IMG/VR virus record: IMGVR_UViG_3300044640_001495
Coordinates: 62,001-126,000 of that record
Reading direction: 5' to 3' (one strand)
DNA: 64,000 bases
The notes below the pieces were generated by a model. That model did not search any database, had not been told where the DNA came from, and saw only the letters and a list, made by a program, of their open reading frames with translations. The position numbers and the translations under genes are program-made. Of this stretch, positions 26,316 through 32,853 are shown one piece after another (the stretch's first letter is position 1; the number at the start of each line of letters is the position of its first letter).

Positions 26316-26686
26316 TACTACAAAAAGTTATATTCGAAGAAAAAAATAGAAATGGCACAAGTGTGGATGATTTTTATTATCGAGGATTAGAAGAAAAACT
26401 CCAAGGAAAAAAAGGCACAGGAGTTAGAGCGTTAGCAGCTGATTTTATCAGACAGGGCAGAATCCTAGATAGATTTTTAATCTTAGATGAAACAGGATGT
26501 AAATTAGAAATTTATACTTTTTTTAAAGATGAAGAATCATTTTCTGAATTTATTAATCATCCTGTAAATCAAAATGCAAAAAAGTTTTGGCAAGATCGAG
26601 ATTGGCAAAGAACTGCCACAAAAACTGTAATTGCTGATTTTTTGAACGTGAGAAACAGACTCGGACAACTTAAATCTATAATCTAA
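26312..26686 (+). CDS. Hypothetical protein
   Basis: 124-aa ORF translationally coupled to the sulfotransferase. Confidence 0.65.
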   Translation: MILQKVIFEEKNRNGTSVDDFYYRGLEEKLQGKKGTGVRALAADFIRQGRILDRFLILDETGCKLEIYTFFKDEESFSEFINHPVNQNAKKFWQDRDWQRTATKTVIADFLNVRNRLGQLKSII

Positions 26687-27125
26687 TTGATCGATTTGTT
26701 TTAAAGACCCAATCCCAAAAAGGTGTTCCGATACCATAATTGCATCTACTTTCTGTATGATGCAAATAATGCCATTGACCAGATGTGTACCAAGGATACA
26801 AATTGAATTTTCTATTGTGTTCTAGCCTTTCTTGTATAATGGCTGCATAAACATAAAATAAAATAATTATCCACCATTGACCGGTGATCCAGCTGAAAAT
26901 AAAAGTAGGTAGAACTTCAGTTATCCAATAATCAAACGTGCTAGGCCAATTGTCATTGAACAGAAAAATGTTATTCCAATGCCAAACTATCTTGTGTTTT
27001 TTAATATAAGCGTGATGATGAAAATGTAGTTTTGACAGAAATGAAATTTTATGACTGGCTCGGTGTATCCAGTATATCATAAAAGTCCATAGAAAGAAAT
27101 AAAATATTATTTCAATACCGATCAT
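26676..27125 (-). CDS. Fatty-acid hydroxylase / sterol desaturase family protein
   Basis: His boxes HRASH, HFHHH and HYLHH; NYG...WDWVFKT C-terminus. Confidence 0.85.
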   Translation of the reverse strand: MIGIEIIFYFFLWTFMIYWIHRASHKISFLSKLHFHHHAYIKKHKIVWHWNNIFLFNDNWPSTFDYWITEVLPTFIFSWITGQWWIIILFYVYAAIIQERLEHNRKFNLYPWYTSGQWHYLHHTESRCNYGIGTPFWDWVFKTNRSIRL

Positions 27126-27916
27126 ACTAGACCTAGATTTTTCCGAATTTTAGTAGCACTGATGTCAGTAATAGATTCATCAAACGTTTCCTCACCACTG
27201 GTATATCCTACACCACGACCCCAGCCAATATGAACAATATTTGGGACAACTTGAATTTCGTATTGCCCTTGATAAAGCATATCTAAATCACGTTTGATAA
27301 ATCCTTTAACTTTGTCAACTTCGAAAGGATTACTACCTTGCCATCCTTGTACATCACGTACTTGGATGATGACCTGTCCAGTCTTGGCCAGTAATCTTTC
27401 AAAGAGTGCTCGATGACCTGCATGCCATGGTTGCCATCTGCCTAACATCTGAACAGTTTCTTTTTTCCAGTCAAACACAGGACGACGACGATTGTCTATA
27501 ATGTGTGCGGCAATAAACTCCCCCCATTTTTCTCCATCTTGTTCTGTAATCCTAAAGTCGTAAATCTCTGGCGGAATAAAGGCTTTGTTAGTATCTTCAA
27601 ACCGACCTTTGTCAATTGTATCTACCCAGATAGTCCAATCTGCTTTAAAGTTGTTACGCATCTCAACTAGAGGAGCAACAAAGTCACAGATGACGTAATC
27701 AACATCAGTCATTGCATCTGCTAATTCGCGCATACGATGACTTTGACGAATACGACCTTCGTTGCTAAAATCCCAGTCGTTATACTTTTTACGCACATCG
27801 TCAGCATTTAACCAACCTACACGTTTTTTATCTGCTTGTAAATGGTCAACAATATGTTGTGCCAAATATGTTTTACCTGAACCAGGTAGGCCCATAACTA
27901 AAATACGTTTGTTCAT
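27122..27916 (-). CDS. cysC: Adenylylsulfate kinase fused to an HxGH nucleotidyltransferase domain
   Basis: GLPGSGKT P-loop, NADDVR and FSNEGR APS-kinase-like motifs; C-terminal GRWQPWHAGH and ISATKIR. Confidence 0.75.
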   Translation of the reverse strand: MNKRILVMGLPGSGKTYLAQHIVDHLQADKKRVGWLNADDVRKKYNDWDFSNEGRIRQSHRMRELADAMTDVDYVICDFVAPLVEMRNNFKADWTIWVDTIDKGRFEDTNKAFIPPEIYDFRITEQDGEKWGEFIAAHIIDNRRRPVFDWKKETVQMLGRWQPWHAGHRALFERLLAKTGQVIIQVRDVQGWQGSNPFEVDKVKGFIKRDLDMLYQGQYEIQVVPNIVHIGWGRGVGYTSGEETFDESITDISATKIRKNLGLV

Positions 27917-27995
27917 GTAATTTCCTTTAGAATTAACCTATCTTCTCAACTACCAAAAAATGGAGTTATACAAAATTTATTTATTTGGAAAATCA

Positions 27996-28024
27996 TTGAC
28001 CTTTGTTCATTATGATTATATAAT
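27996..28024 (+). promoter_or_regulatory. Near-consensus sigma70 promoter of the tRNA-like gene
   Basis: TTGACC-17 nt-TATAAT ending 7 nt before the first base of the tRNA-like gene. Confidence 0.75.
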
Positions 28025-28030
28025 ATAGTT

Positions 28031-28141
28031 GTGGTCGTGAGTGGAATTGGCAGACCTCCCGCTCGACTCATAGTCGAGAATGGGGACGGGGCAAAGTCGT
28101 AGACAGCGCCTTTGTAGGTTCGAAACCTACCGACCATACCA
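28031..28141 (+). tRNA. Oversized (111 nt) tRNA-like RNA with Leu/Ser-type body, CAU loop and extended anticodon and variable arms
   Basis: Acceptor GUGGUCG/CGACCAU+ACCA, D loop GGAAUUGGCAGAC, T arm GUAGG-UUCGAAA-CCUAC, hairpin CUCGA-CUCAUAG-UCGAG on a further CCCG/UGGG stem. Confidence 0.8.
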
Positions 28142-28146
28142 GTTTT

Positions 28147-28170
28147 AAGCCCCTGTAAACAGGGTGGCTT
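28147..28170 (+). terminator. Hairpin after the tRNA-like gene (possible terminator or processing signal)
   Basis: AAGCC-CCTGT-AA-ACAGG-GT-GGCTT; only a weak U tract. Confidence 0.4.
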
Positions 28171-28206
28171 ATAAGTATTAGAACATAACTATAAGGAAAA
28201 AATATT

Positions 28207-28395
28207 ATGTCAACAGTTGATCAATTAAAAGCAGACTTCGAAGCATTCTTAGCCGAGGACGCAAAATTCACAGCCGGCAACGGTGCAGCAGGAACTCGTG
28301 CTCGCAAAGCTCTTCAAGAAGTTGCCAAGGGTGTTAAAGCTCGTCGCAACGAAATCACAGAAGAAAAGAACGCCCGCAAAGAAGCCAAGGCCTAA
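28207..28395 (+). CDS. Histone H1-like (Hc1-type) small basic protein
   Basis: KF..GNGAAGTRARKALQE...KARR motif. Confidence 0.7.
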   Translation: MSTVDQLKADFEAFLAEDAKFTAGNGAAGTRARKALQEVAKGVKARRNEITEEKNARKEAKA

Positions 28396-28397
28396 TT

Positions 28398-28907
28398 ATG
28401 AGCAACAAGGACGATATCACATTCGATGATATTGAAATTGATCTAAGTGATTATGGTGCTGCTCAGGCAAGCACCATGATCGATACCTTAGATACTATTA
28501 CACTGACTGGCTCAGATCAATATTCAAATATTAATACAATAACTCTACCTAGTACTACATTTACTTACGGTGGAGCAACAGTTGGTGGTATTACTACAAT
28601 TAATAATATTAATTCCAACAGTCAATGGACTACTGGAACTAGTGGATATACTATAAGCCCTAGCTACGGAGTTAGTCCTAGCACGGTTAACATTAACACC
28701 ACTGGTATCGAAATGGCAGCAGGTACTGATATTAAAATTGATGGTCAGAGCCTAAAAGAATTTATGAAGAAGATGGAGCAGAGATTAGCTATACTTGTTC
28801 CTGATCCTACAAAACTCGAAAAGTTCGAAGCACTTAAAAAAGCCTACGAACATTACAAGACTATGGAAAGTCTTTGTTTTGACGAACCTATTGAAGAACC
28901 AAAGTGA
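28398..28907 (+). CDS. Hypothetical phage protein
   Basis: Thr/Ser-rich N-terminus; C-terminal LEKFEALKKAYEHYKTMESL. Confidence 0.7.
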   Translation: MSNKDDITFDDIEIDLSDYGAAQASTMIDTLDTITLTGSDQYSNINTITLPSTTFTYGGATVGGITTINNINSNSQWTTGTSGYTISPSYGVSPSTVNINTTGIEMAAGTDIKIDGQSLKEFMKKMEQRLAILVPDPTKLEKFEALKKAYEHYKTMESLCFDEPIEEPK

Positions 28908-29452
28908 ATATCAAAATCTATGATGACTTGATTCCCAAGCATCTTCAAGATTATTATGAGTTGAGTATTTTAGGAAAGACCAGTGTGGAAGAAGAGATCA
29001 TGCACCCCACAGTTGATCTGCGGTGCAAGTACGAATCAACTGCCAATGAACCGGGAGTTAACTCTATTTCGTTTGTTCACGTGCTAAAGTCTAGTTCACA
29101 ACGTTCTGACCATCTAGATAATTTTGCATTAATACCGCAGGTTGTTTGTCAAGACCTAGGATTAATATTAAAAGAAATAATGGTGGCTAGGATTTATCTT
29201 ATATTGCCCTATAAAACAAAATTAAAAAATTACGCAGCACATCAAGACTTCCCTTTTAAACATACCGTGGTATTATATTATGTCAACGATGCAGATGGAG
29301 ACACTGTATTCTTTGACAAGGACAATAACGTAGTTCAATCAGTTTCTCCTAAACGTGGCCGAGTGGTTGTGTTTGACGGAGAAATATATCACGGTGGTGG
29401 CATTCCTAAAACAGGGCCACGATGTGTTGTAAACTTCGATATACTAACCTAA
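28904..29452 (+). CDS. 2OG-Fe(II) oxygenase-like protein
   Basis: AHQDF, VLYYVNDADGDTVFF and PKRGRVVVFDGEIYH...R motifs. Confidence 0.75.
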   Translation: MNIKIYDDLIPKHLQDYYELSILGKTSVEEEIMHPTVDLRCKYESTANEPGVNSISFVHVLKSSSQRSDHLDNFALIPQVVCQDLGLILKEIMVARIYLILPYKTKLKNYAAHQDFPFKHTVVLYYVNDADGDTVFFDKDNNVVQSVSPKRGRVVVFDGEIYHGGGIPKTGPRCVVNFDILT

Positions 29453-29465
29453 GCAGTAAATAAAC

Positions 29466-30128
29466 ATGAATGTTAAACTTTTATCATATAGTCAACCCGC
29501 AGCCGAATTTCGAAATATGGGCATCGAAGATGCGCAGGAACTCATTGCGTATTGCGCCCGTGTCAGCAATCCTTCCAATCAGCTCAACACAGACACATCA
29601 GAAAAACTCATCAGATACTTGGTCAAACACCAACACTGGAGCCCACTCGAAATGGTCAGTGCCTGTATCGAAATCACCACAACCAGAGATATTGCCCGAC
29701 AAATCTTGCGACACAGAAGTTTCAGTTTCCAAGAGTTCAGTCAGCGATATGCTGACCCTACTAAAGACCTGTCGTTTGTATGTAGAGAAGCACGACTCCA
29801 AGATCCAAAAAATAGACAGAACAGCGTCCCAGTCGATGATCAGCTGTTACAAAATGAATGGTATCGTGCTCAACAGCGAGTTATCTACGCTGCCAAACGA
29901 GAATATGAATGGGCCATTGCTAACGGTATAGCCAAGGAACAGGCTCGTGCTGTGCTGCCGGAAGGTCTTACAGAAAGTCGCTTGTACATGAATGGTACAC
30001 TACGTTCATGGGTACACTTCATTGAACTACGATCAGCTAACGGCACACAACTAGAGCATCAGGAAGTTGCCAAGGCCTGTGCAAAAGTGATTGCAGAAAT
30101 CTTTCCATTGGCTGAAAGTCTTGTATAA
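29466..30128 (+). CDS. thyX: FAD-dependent thymidylate synthase
   Basis: HWSPLEM, RQILRHRSFSFQEFSQRY and EQARAVLP motifs. Confidence 0.96.
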   Translation: MNVKLLSYSQPAAEFRNMGIEDAQELIAYCARVSNPSNQLNTDTSEKLIRYLVKHQHWSPLEMVSACIEITTTRDIARQILRHRSFSFQEFSQRYADPTKDLSFVCREARLQDPKNRQNSVPVDDQLLQNEWYRAQQRVIYAAKREYEWAIANGIAKEQARAVLPEGLTESRLYMNGTLRSWVHFIELRSANGTQLEHQEVAKACAKVIAEIFPLAESLV

Positions 30129-30511
30129 TGAAAGAACAAATTGATCAGTTTTGCAAAAACTACGAAATACAAATCGTAGATGATCAAAAACGGAGGGCCA
30201 GATATCATCCTCCTAAGTATTTTACAGATCCCTTACGAGCAGATATAGTGAGGAAAGATTTTGTAGAATATGAAACAGAAAAAGTCTTCACCGTTCAAAT
30301 ACCCGAAAGCCGTTTTCGAGCTCTTGTAGAAATGGAACAGAGATTTTTTGGCAATCACAATCACGGATATAGCGATGCCGATATGTTTGCCATACTTATG
30401 GAAAAGGAACGTGAAGAAAGTTGGTATCGGCAATCAAATACGGCTGTCCAAAAAGCCTACGAGCAGTATTCGATCATGCTCAATTTGGCTGGCTATCAAA
30501 GAAAAATTTGA
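30128..30511 (+). CDS. Hypothetical phage protein
   Basis: 127-aa ORF coupled to thyX. Confidence 0.7.
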   Translation: MKEQIDQFCKNYEIQIVDDQKRRARYHPPKYFTDPLRADIVRKDFVEYETEKVFTVQIPESRFRALVEMEQRFFGNHNHGYSDADMFAILMEKEREESWYRQSNTAVQKAYEQYSIMLNLAGYQRKI

Positions 30512-30528
30512 GTCAAAAAAGAATCATC

Positions 30529-30557
30529 TTGACATGTTATCTAAAAGATAGTATAAT
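30529..30557 (+). promoter_or_regulatory. Consensus sigma70 promoter
   Basis: TTGACA-17 nt-TATAAT. Confidence 0.85.
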
Positions 30558-30587
30558 TAAGTTGTTCAACAGAGAAAACACACTATA

Positions 30588-31427
30588 ATGGCACATCACA
30601 CAAACTACTGGTCATGCACTCCCTTTGCAGATTGGCTTCGCGGCACTAAAAAACTCAGTGCGGGTACCTCAGAAGAATGGGACGACTGGACCACTGCGGC
30701 TCAGATGAAGCACAATTTTCGTTACTGGCTAGCTGAAGAGGCCCTAGGCTATATCCAGGATTTTGTCACTTGGCCCGTTAGAAAGATCTACGATGTTAAG
30801 TATTACATCAATAATCGCTGGGTTAGTCGTACTCACTCTCTTACCGCTCATACTCGTGACATCAAGCCTGGTGCTTGGTGCGATGTTGGCAATCGGTTCC
30901 TGCCATGCCTATTTAATGAGTTGGTGGATTTCGTCGAAATCGAATCCGCATGGTCGCACATCGCTTGGGGAGATAAAGAAGCTCGTGCTAAGTATGATCC
31001 TCCCTTTTGGGCTAGCGGTTGGTTCCGTTGGCGCACTTGGCGTTGTCCTCAAGCAGGTCTTGATCATTTAGATTGGGCAATGACATTGACCAACACTGAT
31101 TGGTGTGAACCAGACGATCCTGAATACGGCAAGCCAACTGGACAAGCCCTTCGTGCAAAAGAGATCAAAGAGCTTTATGTGTGGTGGACTGTGACTTATC
31201 GTGCTCGTCCTGATCCATATGAAGCAAGTGGCTGGACTGCGGCCTGCGAAGCACAGCGTGAAGCCAATGGTGGCAAGCTAAGTTTCAGTACCCCTAAAGA
31301 TCCTGTACTTAAAAAAGCCAGCGATAAGGCTCATAAGTTGCTTCAAAAGATCGAAGAGGGTTATGAAAAAGAAGATGAAGCTATGATGATTCGACTGATC
31401 AAAGCTCGTGATAGTCTATGGACCTGA
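30588..31427 (+). CDS. Hypothetical Trp-rich phage protein
   Basis: 279-aa ORF directly after the promoter. Confidence 0.75.
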   Translation: MAHHTNYWSCTPFADWLRGTKKLSAGTSEEWDDWTTAAQMKHNFRYWLAEEALGYIQDFVTWPVRKIYDVKYYINNRWVSRTHSLTAHTRDIKPGAWCDVGNRFLPCLFNELVDFVEIESAWSHIAWGDKEARAKYDPPFWASGWFRWRTWRCPQAGLDHLDWAMTLTNTDWCEPDDPEYGKPTGQALRAKEIKELYVWWTVTYRARPDPYEASGWTAACEAQREANGGKLSFSTPKDPVLKKASDKAHKLLQKIEEGYEKEDEAMMIRLIKARDSLWT

Positions 31428-31576
31428 ACCCAAACTATTGTGATTGCGAGAATAAAAAATCGTACTCGCAAGAGTATGATGCTTATTATTGCAGATCTTG
31501 CGATAAATGGTTAGAGGATAAATGTGATGACCCAACGTGTGAATATTGTACCAAACGACCGCCAACACCCGTCTAG
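31418..31576 (+). CDS. Small Cys-rich (putative zinc-binding) protein, 52 aa
   Basis: MDLNPNYCDC...YCRSC...KCDDPTCEYC; overlaps the previous stop; not in the ORF track. Confidence 0.6.
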   Translation: MDLNPNYCDCENKKSYSQEYDAYYCRSCDKWLEDKCDDPTCEYCTKRPPTPV

Positions 31577-31727
31577 TGCCTTTAGACACTGGGTCAACGA
31601 ACTCTGGATGGAGAATCGCGAAGAACGGTTGCTCTACGGTGAAGAACCTGCTACAATAAATCAGTATTGGGAACGATACAAATACTGGCTCAAACGAGAA
31701 TACAAACATCAACGAGATAAAACATGA
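31524..31727 (+). CDS. Hypothetical protein (start uncertain)
   Basis: WMENREE...QYWERYKYWLKREY; coupled to the next gene. Confidence 0.5.
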   Translation: MMTQRVNIVPNDRQHPSSAFRHWVNELWMENREERLLYGEEPATINQYWERYKYWLKREYKHQRDKT

Positions 31728-32053
31728 AAGCACAAACACCTGCCGAAGGAATTTTAAAAACCAATGACTGGGGAGATAGTCGTGCCTACCATGTGGTCTG
31801 CGAGTGTGGCAGTCCAGACTGTTCACACAATCTATGGATCGAAGCAGACGACTCGGGCGTTGCTGTAATGGTTTATACCACTGTTAGAACCAACTTTTGG
31901 TCTAAGAGTCGTTGGACACACATTTGGACTCTGTTGACTAAAGGCTATGTAGACTTCGAAGGCAGTATTCATCTAAAAGAACAGACAGCATTAAACTACG
32001 CAGAAACTCTCAAATTGGCAATCGAAGATGTTAAAGATTTCAAAAAGCCCTAA
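31724..32053 (+). CDS. Hypothetical protein with CEC..DC.H metal-binding motif
   Basis: 109-aa ORF with ATGA coupling. Confidence 0.7.
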   Translation: MKAQTPAEGILKTNDWGDSRAYHVVCECGSPDCSHNLWIEADDSGVAVMVYTTVRTNFWSKSRWTHIWTLLTKGYVDFEGSIHLKEQTALNYAETLKLAIEDVKDFKKP

Positions 32054-32576
32054 TCGAATGACCTTCCAACAGGAACGTTCTGAAAAGCAATTGGAAGATC
32101 CCGCTATCACTGAAGAACAACGAGTCAACGCACAGGCCTATGTTGACATGTGGGCCAAGTGGCGAGCTGAAGCAGACTCACGAGAACTTACTCTCGAGTG
32201 GCAGGAAAACAACATGGAGTACGATCTTCGCACCTGCGAACTGATGTTAAATAAAGTTCGAAACAGTGACTCCTATGCTCAAAACTTATATGCCGCTATA
32301 TGCAATAGACAATTCCAAAAATTGGATGTCATGCCCGTTCTCAAAGACGAACGGTGGTCAGCTAGTTGGCGCAGTGCCGGTGGGATAATTGCCAATATGC
32401 GTGAACAAGGCGATTACATTGATTGGTACTGCTCTGGTATTGGAGAAGGCCTGGGCAATGGTGATCTAGATGGCACTAAGGGATATGTTCCGGAGAGTGT
32501 AGTCACTGATGAAATTCGCGAGGATCTAAAACAATTGGGTTGGATTGTTTTAGACGTTGAAGATGATAACCGTTAA
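32028..32576 (+). CDS. Hypothetical phage protein
   Basis: YAQNLYAAICN...SWRSAGGIIA...YIDWYCSG pattern. Confidence 0.7.
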   Translation: MLKISKSPNRMTFQQERSEKQLEDPAITEEQRVNAQAYVDMWAKWRAEADSRELTLEWQENNMEYDLRTCELMLNKVRNSDSYAQNLYAAICNRQFQKLDVMPVLKDERWSASWRSAGGIIANMREQGDYIDWYCSGIGEGLGNGDLDGTKGYVPESVVTDEIREDLKQLGWIVLDVEDDNR

Positions 32577-32597
32577 GGAGGTTAGAAAGCAACCAAA

Positions 32598-32804
32598 ATG
32601 ACATATATGCTATACGAAGTTTGGGCCGAAGATGAAGCCGGTCACAATGAATTATTAGAAACCACTGCAAGCCAAAAGGAAGCATTTGGAATAGCCCAAT
32701 CTAGTCTCAGTGACGGCTACATATTATCCACAGTCTATCAAGAAACAGACGATGGTGATCCAATCCTTATCAAAACTTTTCAAAATGACCCACTTGACAA
32801 ATAG
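32598..32804 (+). CDS. Hypothetical protein
   Basis: 68-aa ORF with AAGGAGG SD upstream. Confidence 0.6.
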   Translation: MTYMLYEVWAEDEAGHNELLETTASQKEAFGIAQSSLSDGYILSTVYQETDDGDPILIKTFQNDPLDK

Positions 32805-32822
32805 ATCAAACGATGCTATAAT
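32794..32822 (+). promoter_or_regulatory. Consensus sigma70 promoter
   Basis: TTGACA-17 nt-TATAAT. Confidence 0.85.
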
Positions 32823-32853
32823 ATTAGTATTGTTTAATTAATAGGAGTGCGGA

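Noticed and set aside
7632-27916. Island as host chromosomal DNA (prophage edge or mis-join)
   Set aside because: It uses the same TAAATA motifs and tight packing as the phage genes and contains no housekeeping genes; still worth confirming by read coverage.
28031-28141. Ordinary tRNA-Leu/Ser or tRNA-Sec call
   Set aside because: No Leu, Ser or UCA anticodon sits in a canonical 5-bp arm, and the acceptor/T stems are 7/5 rather than the Sec-type 8/5.
833-30551. Short palindromes in promoter spacers (TTTAG-T-CTAAA at 833-843; TATCT-AAA-AGATA near 30537-30550) as operators
   Set aside because: The two do not share a sequence and are absent from the other promoters; expected by chance in AT-rich DNA.
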